Positions 52,658 through 64,000 of a DNA stretch of 64,000 nucleotides are shown one piece after another. Under the pieces are notes generated by a model, which ran no database searches, was not told the DNA's origin, and saw nothing but the letters and a program-made list of their open reading frames with translations. The translations under genes and the position numbers were made by a program. How positions within the stretch are numbered: the first letter of the stretch is position 1; every line of letters begins with the position of its first letter. Source of the DNA: Octopus sinensis (Eukaryota). The stretch is from positions 74,710,001-74,774,000 of the forward strand of contig NC_043006.1 in the NCBI RefSeq assembly GCF_006345805.1, written 5' to 3'.

Positions 52658-53228
52658 CCCTTTAGCACTTAAACTGACCATGTCCAGCCCAAATATTCTA
52701 GCTGTTTTAAGTTCAAACTGGTGCAATCTGATCTCTCACACCTACCCTACAATGTCATTCCAAAAATAAACAATTACCTCACTGGATTCTCAAAGCTACG
52801 AGAGAATGCAGGATTAATTCAATAAATGTGAATAAATAAGCATTACATTCAACAGACAAATAATAATAATAATAATAATCACCACCATCACCATCATCAT
52901 CATTACTATTATTTAACATCTGTCGTCCATGCTGTTATGGGTTGGACAGTTTGACCAGGGCTGGTAAGCAGAGGGGCTGCACCAGATTCCAGTCTGATTG
53001 GCATGGTTTCTACAGCTGGATGCCCTTCCTAACACCAACCACTCCGAGAGTGTAATGGGTGCTTTTATGTGCCACTGGCAGGGGTGCCAGTTGCATGACA
53101 CCAGTATCTGTCACGACTATGATTTCACTCGGTTGGATGGATCTCCCTTTGCAAGCAAAGGATATTGCTCAAGGTCTCAGTCATTTGTCATTGCCTCATG
53201 GAGGCAATGAAATCTGAATGCTAAAGAG
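52658..53228. mobile_element. piggyBac-like MITE; other copies at 40878-41050, 42082-42506 and 49074-50122
   Basis: TTAA-CCCTTTAGCA ... TGCTAAAGAG-TTAA. Confidence 0.75.
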
Positions 53229-53386
53229 TTAAACCCACACCAGCATGGAGAAACGAATGTATGGTGATGGTGACTCAAAGAACTTAACCCATTACTAAAT
53301 TAAAATGTGAATATCACCAAAAAGCAAAGACTAGTGAGGTAAGCACTAGAACTTGAAGCAAGGAGAGAAATGGAAAGAAGGTTTAC

Positions 53387-53635
53387 CAGATTTCTTGTCT
53401 TTAGCTCTGTAGACCACACCATAGGTACCTTCCTCGATTCGATTCAGACAGTTAAACTCCTCCACACTGCGACAGCCCTGGATGGCCGGCAGATAGGGGG
53501 GCAGGTCTGAGTCATCCTCGATGGGGGACGCAGGTGGACTTCCCTCCCTGAAAGGTGTTTCTTCATGTTCAGAGGGCTGCACTGAATCGGTACCACTTTC
53601 ATTTTCTGAGTGGTCATCAAATTTAGACTTAGGAT
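53387..53635 (-). CDS. CDK11: CDK11 exon (249 nt): acidic linker, then [39 protein letters not shown] (subdomain I)
   Basis: Acceptor tatatag|ATCCT, donor TCTG|gtaaac. The [14 protein letters not shown] motif is characteristic of CDK11. Confidence 0.96.
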
Positions 53636-54937
53636 CTATATAAAAGAAAAAGAGGAAAAAAAAATAATAAATAAATAAATAGAAATAGAAATAAAAATTA
53701 ACATAGAAGTGCTGTTGCCAACAGATATGCATTTGGCTAAGACTCCAAAGATGTGAAATACTATCAAGAAAAACCAAAGTTTTAGTTTGCAACAAGGAAA
53801 AATTACCAACAGATCTAGATTAATGTACACCATTCCACACTGTCCTAGAAGTTCTATGATTCTAGATACAGTATGATCCTAAATATGCTACAGTACTTCA
53901 TTATACAACCATAATACACTATAAAGTACATTAAAGGTTTTCATAAGCCAATATTGTGTTCTACTGTGTTAGCAGTGCTATTAAATCACATGTTAAGGTC
54001 ATCTCTACAGATTTTCCATAGGAATTATGGCCAGCACTGATTTCTGTTACAACATTTCAGATCCAAAATGCCAAATGTAAACAAACAATGAGATTGAAAA
54101 TGGAAAATGGGTAATGGGCATATATACCATATTTCGGGAGTTTCTGCTCCTCCATTACACACCTCCAACCCCATTAATCATCCACAAACTCATTGCTTAG
54201 GTAGCCACAACATATAGCGGTGCAACACTATTGGATATATACATATTCTCTTCTACTCTAGGCACAAGGCCCAGAATTTTTAGTTAACATTGTCATTGCT
54301 GTCTTCTTCCTTCGTTTTCCAAGCTTCTCAATTTTGTGCCAGTCCAGGCTTCATAATAATAGCCATAAGTGTAAAACAACTAACCCGCTAATTGTGTCCC
54401 ACCCCTGCCCACCACCACCACTCTACAACTAGGATGCCAATTACAGAAAATGTGCTGCAATGTGGAAGTCAAGTGAAAGCAGAACAAATCGACCCACAGG
54501 CTGTCTGTGGGTGGACGAATGGCAGTGGTGACATTCTCGGTGACATGTACTCCTTAGAAAAACGCCGCATGTGCTCGCACGCGCGCATGCGCACCCTGCT
54601 CCTCACACACACATACACCCGATTATCTTCTGTACAGTTTCAGTTTTACTGACATTCATTCACAAGGCACTGATTAACCCAAACGTCTGGTAGAAAACAC
54701 CAACTCATGGTACCATGAGGCAGGATCAAATCCAGAACAACATGCTTGCAAAAGAAAAACTTTCTAATCACACAACTACGCTTGCATTTTTTTGCTGCAG
54801 TTCTTCCTAATCAAAGCTGACACAAACAGTTAACGAATAACTCGCATTCTTTTGCGCAGCCAAACCTATTTAAAGAAGAGTAAAAGAACAACAAAAACTC
54901 GCATGCGTCCAAGTGGAAAGTACAACAAATATAAGAA

Positions 54938-57110
54938 GTGAAAAAACACAAACCTGATTCCAGAATGAGACCTGTTTTTTCAGAAGAAATAGCTGTAAAA
55001 GACAATAGGAGTTTGTGTCACTTGACAGATTTTGGAACCATCAACAGCTACGATAGGCTGAATGGACACGACATAAAAGAAAGCTTTATTTCACACATCA
55101 ATTTACTTGGAACACAACTTTTACGGGTATCATGTTGTGATGAGAAGTGTGTGAGGGAAAATGAGGTATGGAAGTGTTACTATGAAAGGCTATCAAGTGT
55201 GGAGAATGCAAAGGAGAAAGACAGACTTCCCAATGTGGACCCAACAGTAGGGCCAGCTACCCTTCTTGACAGCAATATGAGAGATCTAAAAATAAATGTT
55301 TCAGATATTTTTCTTTCTTTTTTTGTAGAAGGGGGGGAGTTGCTTCCCAAATGACAGTTTGATGGTGATGGCACAATGAGCAACCCTACTGATTTAATGT
55401 TAAGTGATTGAACCTTTTGTAATCTGCCTGGAGCTGTGATGCTTATATCCCTAGTTGGCAGTGTGACCCTTCGATTTGTGAATTTGAAAACCAGCTGAAT
55501 TTTTTTTTCAAATCTCTTTCTTGAAATACTTTTTCTACTCTAGGAACAAAGCCCAAAATTTTTAGGGAGGGAGCCAGGTGAGTAGATCAACCCCAGTATG
55601 CAACTGGTACTTAATTTATCAACCCCAAAAGGAAGAAAGGCAAAGTCGACTTCAGTGGAATTTGAACTCAGAATGTAAAGACAGACGAAATACTGTTAAG
55701 CATTTCACCCAGTGTGCTACTGGTTCTGCCAGCTTGCTGCCTTTCTTTCTTGAAATACCATTAAGAGTTAGCAACATGAAGAGTATTCGGCTTTGTCTCA
55801 AACAATTCAATCAATGATTGGATTTAACCACATCTATTGCCAGCACAGTTGTGTTCAGGACAAGATGGTTAACGAGTAAGAGTCATTAGAACTTTGAGGA
55901 ATATTTTCAGAGACTCAAACCAGACTAGAGAAGTTATAGAAGCTTAAAAATTCAATGGACAGTTAGAAATTTAGAGTAGTGCTAATTAAAACATTTGAAG
56001 AGAAAGAGGAGACGCAAACTTCTGAAGTAGAGGAGAATTGGATGTTTCTTTGGTAACTGAAGGTAACAGACCAAACCTGTGACTAGTGCAAATTTCCAGC
56101 TGGACTAAGGGTGATGTGGTGGTGGAACAGTGAAATAGACATGACCAAGAAGCAAAATAGACAGGCTTAGAAGAATGAGGGCAGCAAAAACTTTACCAGG
56201 TAGGTAGAAGAGAAGCTAGGCAACAGGTATAATTAGCAATGGGAGAAACGGAAATGATGAGGCTTGCAAATATTCTACAGCATGAATATTTTATAAGAAT
56301 GCAGGGGATAAAGAGAGAATTCTCAAAATGGAATCAACAGAAGGACCAGCTATCCTAGTTGTCAGCTATATGAAAGACAAAGCAATCAAGGTTATGAAGG
56401 CAAAGAAAGTTCTCGGTTCAACAGACAGGGCTCTATTCCCATCAGGAAAATTGCCCTACTAAATAGGTAGGAAAGGTGTAGGTAAAAATTCCATACTGTG
56501 TACCCAGTGGAAGTTTCTCAAATACCCAGGAGATGCTCAAGAGGTACTAGATAATTCCTGTTACTTAACTGAGCTAATTAACAGTGAAAGAGGATGTTCT
56601 GAAAGTATAGCTGCTAGAATAAGAACCAGTTCCGTCTGTCTGACTACCTTTCTGTCAAAGCATTCATCTTTCCATCAAAGTTCAGAGAGCTTTTACCTCT
56701 GTTAGTAACAAAAAGTCTTTCTCTAAGAGCGCAAGGCAAACTTATCCTTGTGCATGGACAGCAATGCTACATGGTAATGAGACATGGGCCCTAAACGCAG
56801 AGGACATGCTAAGACCAGGAAGTAATGAAGCTAGATGCTCCAAACATCAATGACAGAATGCAAATGTGTTGAGAGAAAAATTGGAGATAAGGGAAATCAG
56901 ATGGAGTGTACAAGAGAGAAGACTGCACTGGTACAGCCATGTGATGTGTATGACTGAGAATAACTATGAAGAAGTGCCGATTGCTAACTATGGATGAAAC
57001 TTGTGGAAAGAAACCCAGGACGACATGGGAACAAGAAGTGAAGGTTGATCTCAAGGTGTTGAGCCTTACGGACGAGGATTGAGTTGACTAGCAATTTACT
57101 GTGTTCAAGA
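54938..57110 (+). mobile_element. Fragmented, decayed RTE LINE antisense in a CDK11 intron
   Basis: WKCYYERLSSVENA and EGPAILV linker pieces. 56560-57080 is homologous to the 31.9-32.45 kb RT (AMLHGNETWAL, ERRLHWYSHV). Confidence 0.65.
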
Positions 57111-58245
57111 AGACATATCCATTTTGATGAATGTGAAGTCCTAAAAGCATTATTTATGCTATTTTATATCCATTCACTGACTAGGCCCTGTCACTACATG
57201 TAATCTGTCCCTGTCAAGCCTTTCTCATTTCTCATCTTCATAACACCCCAACTGGCCTCCGTGCCAGTGGCACGTAAAAAGCACCCACTACACTCACAGA
57301 GTGGTTGGCGTTAGGAAGGGCATCCAGCTGTAGAAACACTGCCATATCAGACTGGGCCTGGTGCAGCCTCCTGGCTTCCCAGACCCCAGTCGAACCGTCC
57401 AACCCATGCTAGCATGGAAAGCGGACATTAAACGATGATGATGATGATAACACCTATCTCTCCATACTTCTAAGGCACTGTTCAGCTACTATAATCATAT
57501 TGAGAGCAGAAAATGAACATATTTCGCCCTTGATTGCACCTCCCCTCTGCCCAGAACCATATCCTTTTAAAACTCATCCCTCATTTTCAAAATCATTCCT
57601 TTCCACTTGTCACCCCTTTCTGTGCTTCCTTGAGATACATCTTTAGACTGCCATTTATTCAGCTTTAACACCTTCTTGAATCTGCGATTATTCTCATCCC
57701 CACCCACCGACATAACTGCTGTCAACAGCTTCCCCTCCACCTTTGTCCTTCAAACACTATAAACACCCCTACATACCTCTGACATCCATCTCTCTTTCAC
57801 CCCTTCCCTCACACTCTCTACATATTTTCTTATCTTCCTATTAGTTTATGTTGTGGCTCTCCTCCCTTTCTGTCCTGCACTTACCACTGCCTCATTCCTA
57901 AACCACTCACTCCTATTCCTTCACCTTCTCCAACATAATAAGATTCACCATCAACCACCCCTCGATCGTTCCATTCATTACATTCATCTCCAAACCCATC
58001 TCTAACTATGTCACCCTCTTATCAGACTCTAATACACTTACTGACCCAACCTTCCCGATTCTTTGTTCCTATTCTCCCTTACATTCATCTACTTGTATCG
58101 TGAGAGTATGCTGACACTTTGTCACTACCATCGTCTACTTTCCAGTTACCCACACCCTCCCTTGCATAATGCAGGGTAATCAAGTGCTTCCTCTATAACA
58201 AAATACCTGTGCCTGTCCCTCTATTATACTTTAGCCTCTCACTAC

Positions 58246-58568
58246 TGGCACTCCATCAGTTATGATGACAAGAGTTCCAGTTGATCCGATCAACGGAACA
58301 ACTTACTTGTGAAATTAACATGCAAGTGGCAGAGTACTCCACAGACATGTGTACCCTTAACATAGTTCCCATGGAGATTCAATGTGACACAGAATGTGAC
58401 AAGGTTGACCCTTCGAAATACAGGTACTACTCATTTTTGCCAGCTGAGTGGAGTGGAGCACCGTGAAATAAAGTGTCTTGTTTAAGGACACAACACATTG
58501 CCAGGATTTGAACTCATGACCTTACGATCGTGAGCTGAATACCCTAACCACTAAGCCAAGTGCCTTCA
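58246..58568 (-). mobile_element. SINE family D2 (D1-type 3' half with a different 5' half)
   Basis: Shares GTTGATCCGATCAACGGAAC...GAAATACAGGTAC with D1 but has a distinct head and a CORE-like segment. Confidence 0.7.
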
Positions 58569-59427
58569 CACCAAGCATAATGCCATCTTTCTCTGATGAT
58601 GATAATGATCCTTTTTATTCTTTTATTTCAAATTCAATCTTCTAAATCATGAAAAATGATTATCTCCCTTGTACAAACTGTCTGCTCGGGCCCTCCATCT
58701 GTTCTTACTTCTATTTATCCATTTCTTTTTTATTATGCAGTACCAGAAAAAAAAAAGTCACGAATGGTCAGTGAATGCTCCTTAGATTAATTGATTGAAG
58801 GTTGTTTATTAAATAATTCTAACCCCCTTCACCCCAAACCCATTCAACTATGACTACAGGATTTAAAAATTGCAAATGTGGTAATACGGATAAGGAGTAC
58901 ACTTTGTAAATATTTGGTTTAGAGTTCTATCTCACAGCATGGCACCTTAAACAAGTTTCTTTTTCATTACAGCTTTAAGTCAACCAATGCCTTCTGAGTT
59001 GAACTAGTAGTTGGAAACCCCATCATACCTAAGTCTAGACACATGCACAAACACATATATATCTGTGTGTGTGTGTACATATGTGAGTGTCTGTGTGTGC
59101 ATATGACAATGTATGTGTGAAAGTTCTGTCTTCGTGTGAAGTCGGTTGAGGAAAAACAGTGACAATAGGTTGATGACATTAGGTTGACATTGCTGTATCA
59201 TCCAATAATCGCTGCGCTTTCAAACAAATATAAGTCCCTAACTTGAAAAGCTGATAAAGGTTAGTAACAGGAAAGGCATTCAGCTGTAAAACAACGCCTG
59301 GAATATTAAGTGTTCATCCAGCCCATGCTAGCATGGGAAACAGACCTAAAACAAAAACAAAAACAAAACTGTGGTTCTAAATCCTTAAAACTGGAAAAAA
59401 AAAAGCCATAAAGAAACATATACTTAC

Positions 59428-59526
59428 GATGGTATTTGATATTGCGACTTTCAACGACACTGCAATCATTGTTTATTATTTCATCTTCACTACTGGAGCT
59501 TGATGCTGAACTTGGTGATCGTGAAT
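59428..59526 (-). CDS. CDK11: CDK11 exon (99 nt, phase 1-1): SRSPSSASSSSSEDEIINNDCSVVESRNIKYH
   Basis: Acceptor ttattag|ATTCAC, donor CATC|gtaagt. Ser/acidic content; phase-compatible with neighbours. Confidence 0.78.
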
Positions 59527-59573
59527 CTAATAATGGAAACAAATGAATTTAAAATTGTTGTTGCTATTATTAT

Positions 59574-59943
59574 TATTACCGCCGCCTTAGCGAAGGCAGG
59601 GGTATTGTTTTCAGTCATGTTTGTTTGTTTGTCTTTCCATGGGCAAGATATCTCAAGAACCAACAGAAGGTTTCGGATGAAACTTTCAGGGAGTTCTTGC
59701 CTTGTGACTGGCACAAACTGATTAAATTTTGGAATCGATCTGGTATCGGACAAGGATTCTGGATTATTTTCCTTGTTTTTTTACTTAATTTTTGAGAGCA
59801 GTCAGGTTCATTTTTAGTATTCTTGTTTGTGAGAGAAGCCGAGTTTATTTCCAATATTCTCATTTTAAAAATCATCTCCAGCTAATCGTTGAGAGGACGC
59901 TGGTGTTGCCTTGGTGGAGGTTTGCACTCTCTGAGAGCCCATT
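59574..59943 (+). mobile_element. Non-autonomous Helentron (HINE)-like element
   Basis: TTATTACCGCCGCC...(GTTT)n...GGTGGAGGTTTGCACTCTCTGAGAGC, with subterminal inverted repeats. Confidence 0.6.
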
Positions 59944-59954
59944 ATCAGTGTTAT

Positions 59955-61290
59955 TAAAGTAGCGAGATGGCAGAACTATTAGCACGCTGGATGAAATACT
60001 GCTAAGTATTTCATCTGTCTTTATGTTCTGAGTTCAAATTCTGCCAAGGTCGATTTTGCCTTTCATCCTTCCAAAGTCAATAAATTAATTACCAGTTGTG
60101 TACTGGGGTCAATCTAATCAACTGCTCCCACCAAACCTCCCCCAAAACTTCAGGCCTTGTGCCTACAGTAGGAAGGATTATTATTATGGTTATTAAGGTA
60201 GCGAGCTGGCAGAATTGTTGGCACACCAGTCGAAATGCTTAACAGCATTTTATTCATCATTATTTTCTGAGCTCAAATTCCGCCAAGGTCAACTTTGCCT
60301 TCCATCATTTCAGGGTTGATATTTATAAAATAAGTCCCAACAGAGCACTGGGGTTGATGTAATCAACTATTCCCCATCTCCCTAAATTTCAGGCTTTCTC
60401 CCTAAGTAAATAAGGTCATCGTCATTATTAAGGTGATGAGCTGGTGGAATCCTGCCACACAAAATCCTTAATGGTATTTCATGTCTTTATGCTCTGTGGG
60501 GTGAAGGCACATGGCTTAGTGGTTAGGGTATTCTACTCACAATCGGAAGGTTGTGAGTTCAATTCCAGGCGATGTATTGAGTCCTTTATTTCACGTTACT
60601 CCAGTTCACTCAGCTGGCAAAAATGAGTAGTACCTGTATTTCAAAGGGCCAGCCTTGTCACATTCTGTGTCATGCTGAATTCCCCAGTGAACTACGTTAA
60701 CGTTACGCGTGTCCGTGGAGTGCTCAGCCACTTGCACATTAATTTCTCGAGCAAGCTGTTCCGTTGATCGGATCAAGTGGAACCCTTATCGTCATAACCA
60801 ATGGATTGCTATTTTTTTTTTTTAATGCTCTGAGGTTAGATTCTGCCACGGTCAACTTTGCTTTTCATCCATTTGGAACGGAGGTAATCAACTTCTCCAT
60901 CCCTTCAAAAACTGCTGGCCTTGTGCCAAAATTCGAAACCATTATTATTATTGTTAGCTTATCAGATCAATGTAATCAACTAGTCCACCTGCCTCAAAAT
61001 TTCAGGCCTTGTGCTTATAACAGAAAGGATTATTGTTATTATTACTATTACTGTTATTATCAAGGTGGCGCGCTGGCAGAATCGTTAGCATGCTGGGCAA
61101 AATGCTTAGAAGTACTACATTCTGAGTTCAAATTTCGCCAAGGTCAACTTTGCCTTTCATCCTCTTAATGGGTTGATAAATTAAGTACCAGTTGAGTATT
61201 TGGGTCTATGTGATTGACTATCCCACTTCCCACAAAATCCAAGCCTTGTGCCTATAGTAGAAAGGATTATTATTATTATTATTATTATTA
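59955..61290 (+). mobile_element. Head-to-tail array of family B SINEs with (ATT)n tails, one interrupted by a family D2 SINE (60501-60811)
   Basis: Repeated GAGCTGGCAGAA heads after ATT tracts. ATGCTCTG is duplicated around the D2 insertion. Confidence 0.75.
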
Positions 61291-61713
61291 TTAACCAATA
61301 ATATTAATATTTAGGGAAAGGGTGGAGGAGATAACATTAACTTCATATGCTCAAAATCCAAATATCTTGCATACTGTCTCATAGCTGGCCTCTGAAATCC
61401 TTAACTGAGAAGCAGAAGTGGCACCCATTACCAGCCAAGTGAACTGATGTAAGCCATACAGTGGATGTTTCCTAGCAGCACAAGCCAGTCAGTGGCTTTA
61501 ATTAAAGTTTTCTGTAAACTTTTGTTTAAATGAAACAAGGTGCAAAAACTCACGAGACATTGGACTGCTGAAGGCTGTGCTGTACTATGGGACCAAACCT
61601 GGAACCAGGCGGTCGCAAGGAAAGCTTCTTAACTACACAGCCATGCCTACACATATGAAAGAGAGAGAAAAAGAGCATAACCAAGATGAAACAAACGGGT
61701 GACGGAAGCTTAC

Positions 61714-61872
61714 CTGATTCTGAATCTGAATGCGATGCCTCACTGATTTCTGAAACATATACTGGTTCAGCAGGCCTAATTTCGTATGGCTCCTCTGAAC
61801 CATCAGATGGAATTTCCACATTAGTGTCGTCCACTTCATCTGGAGTATGGGGTCCAATCGGAGAATGGGCTT
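61714..61872 (-). CDS. CDK11: CDK11 exon (159 nt, phase 1-1): AHSPIGPHTPDEVDD...SHSDSES, acidic region
   Basis: Acceptor tttcacag|AAGCC, donor TCAG|gtaagc. D/E/S-rich open frame. Confidence 0.82.
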
Positions 61873-62007
61873 CTGTGAAATAAGCATTAATTAAAACCAT
61901 ATCATTAGGCGGACTTGTAGAAATTTTTAAACCTTGAATATATTTGGCGTATGTCTTGAATATTCATAGTGTGAAGTATGAAATAATAAAAATGTTGTGA
62001 TATAATA

Positions 62008-62534
62008 CCGTAAATCCTCGAGTATAGTCCACCCTTAAGTATAATACGCATGGGATTTTTAGGGAGCTGTACTTCTGAAAAACCTAAACCTTGTGTTGTA
62101 TAATACGCACCCCTTCTCTAACTTGAGTCGTGCGTAATTAAGCCAGCAGCACCTAGTCAAACAAACACTTCTGTGCATGCGTAATACAATAATGGTGGTG
62201 TTCTTAATTGTTATATGGGAATGTAAATATGTTTGCAAATTGTTTTTGTTATATGTTATTCTGTGTTCTGAATACTTTTATTTTAATAAATGTTGCTTAA
62301 TGCAAGTTATGGATGATTCTTTTACGATTTCATTGCTTTCTGGTTTAGCTTAAGGTATTTTCGCGCCCGACATCACAAAATGCGTCTGAATAAACATTGC
62401 CGGACAGCAAATAGAGACTCAGACATTGCTTTGAAAATATTTTTCACTTTTAACCTTGTATGTAGTACGCACTAGGGATTTTGACCTTTAAATTTGGGGG
62501 GGGGGGAATGCTGATTATACTCGAGGATTTACGG
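62008..62534. mobile_element. pogo/Tigger-like MITE
   Basis: Perfect 19-bp TIR CCGTAAATCCTCGAGTATA, flanked by TA on both sides. Confidence 0.85.
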
Positions 62535-63558
62535 TAATATCTGTATGTATGTTTATATATGTGATCATTTATCAATGGAAATTGCAGCTGTGATACCAGT
62601 GCCGGTGACAAGTAAGCAAACCATCCGATCGTGGCCGTTGCCAGCGGCACGTAAAAAGCACCATCCGTTCGTGGCCATTGCCAGCCTCGCCTGGCCTCCG
62701 TGCCGGTGGCATGTAAAAAGCACCGTCCGTCCGTGCCGTCTGCCAGCTCCGTCTGGCACATAAAAAGCACCCACTACACTCACGGAGTGGTTGGCGTTAG
62801 GAAGGGCATCCAGCCGTAGAAACACTGCCAGATCAGACTGGGCCTGATGCAGCCTTCTGGCTTCACAGACCCCAGTTGAACCGTCCAACCCATGCTAGCA
62901 TGGAAAGCGGACGCTAAATGATGATGATGATGATGATGATAATGTCTCCTTCTCCATGCTTGCCTGGGTCAGATGGAATTTATTGAGGCAGATTTATTTA
63001 CAGCTGGATGCTCATCTTGTCGCTAACCCTCACCTGTTTCCAAACAAAGTAATATTTCTCCATGACTGAACATGTCTTCATGCAGGATTGGAAACAAATA
63101 ACCTTGCTTGTATGATGGTGATGCTCGTTTACAACATCACAGAATCTCAAGACAAGGTACGCACAAACATACAGGTGTGTGTGTATCTGAGTGAGAGAGA
63201 GAGAGAGAGAGTATATTCTACCCATTTTTACATGAAACAGAGCAAAAGAAATTGATGAGGCAATGTTGATATTCCATGTCAACAAGTCTACGCTTTCAAA
63301 GAAAAATGGAATAAAAATATTTGTCATTTAAAAACAGTAAATGTTCATGACAGGAAGGGCATCTGTTTAATATATATATATATATATACCTCAATGATAA
63401 GTAATCATCCAACTCATGCAACCAAGAAAAATCAGATGTAAAAGGAACTAATGAATGAACAACAGAACTAAAACATGGAGTAAGGAGGAGATGCAAGTAT
63501 GAATGAGTTGAAGAAAATATAGTCTAGAAGGCAGATCAAGAAAAGCTGAAATACATAC

Positions 63559-63696
63559 GCTGTTCATCAGGAGATCTCTTTCTGGGCCGTGCCTTTGCAT
63601 CCCATCGATTCAAATGGTCATGGTGTCGACTTTCTCGACTTGGACTTCGACTTCGGAAGTGCCGTTTCAACCGACGCCGCTCTGCCCGTTCCATTT
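63559..63696 (-). CDS. CDK11: CDK11 exon (138 nt, phase 1-1): MERAERRRLKRHFRSRSPSRESRHHDHLNRWDAKARPRKRSPDEQ, RS/basic region
   Basis: Acceptor cttgtag|AAATGG, donor CAGC|gtatgt. RS-like content; phase matches the next exon. Confidence 0.8.
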
Positions 63697-63843
63697 CTAC
63701 AAGAAGATAAAATGTCAAGTAAAAATGTTCTCAAAAAATAGTCTTCAATGAAATACACACGGAAGGAAGGAAAACCCCTTCTCAATAATAATAGCATCAA
63801 AAAATACCTCAGGAATGAGAACCCAGGTTCGAAATTTCCCCAA

Positions 63844-63889
63844 GACACCTGATGAAGGCTGGAGGGTGTATCAGCCAAAACGTTGTGTT
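63844..63889 (+). ncRNA. Decayed type I hammerhead ribozyme (GAAA mutated to AAAA), antisense to CDK11
   Basis: GACAC-CTGATGA-A-GGCTG...CAGCC-AAAA-CGTT-GTGTT. Stems I and II and palindromic ACGT stem III are retained; G12 is lost. Confidence 0.6.
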
Positions 63890-64000
63890 AACAACAAACA
63901 AGATGAGGACAAATATCCGGCAAATGTAAATAATATAAATAATATAAATAATTACATGCGGGTGGCACGTAAAAAGCACCCACTACACTCACGGAGTGGT

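Larger units (their letters stand above)
34937..63696 (-). other. CDK11: CDK11 (PITSLRE) cyclin-dependent kinase gene, 12 visible coding exons, 5' end probably outside the window
   Basis: The spliced translation has EEGTYGVVY (Gly loop), [55 protein letters not shown] and C-terminal GPGFSLKF*. All 11 introns are GT-AG and the phases join into one open frame. Confidence 0.97.

Noticed and set aside
54938-55354. 138-aa ORF as a nested host gene
   Set aside because: It resembles the RTE endonuclease-RT linker and lies among other decayed LINE pieces.

Overview
AT-rich, repeat-dense animal genomic DNA. The SINE/LINE repertoire looks octopod (Octopus-like); this is inference, not a database match. 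There is one 100-N gap (22650-22749). The right half carries a minus-strand CDK11 (PITSLRE kinase) gene. I could join 12 coding exons (63696 down to 34937) with GT-AG boundaries and consistent phases into one open frame of 552 aa from the first visible Met to the conserved GPGFSLKF* end; the 5' exons probably lie beyond the window. The rest is microsatellites, several tRNA-derived SINE families, RTE, CR1 and Penelope-like (PLE) retroelement fragments, and DNA-transposon relics (Chapaev3-like, mariner, hAT, piggyBac-like, pogo-like, Helentron-like). The most striking unannotated signal is a set of type I hammerhead ribozymes. There are two intact ones, one near-intact, one palindromic copy readable on both strands and several decayed ones, and most have a distinct self-complementary stem III. 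They are associated with PLE sequence and long fold-back inverted repeats and are densest at 14.3-16.9 kb between (TA)n tracts. PLE-associated hammerheads are an established phenomenon; the local diversity and the fold-back junctions inside ribozymes are what deserve follow-up. All structures were read by eye, not computed.
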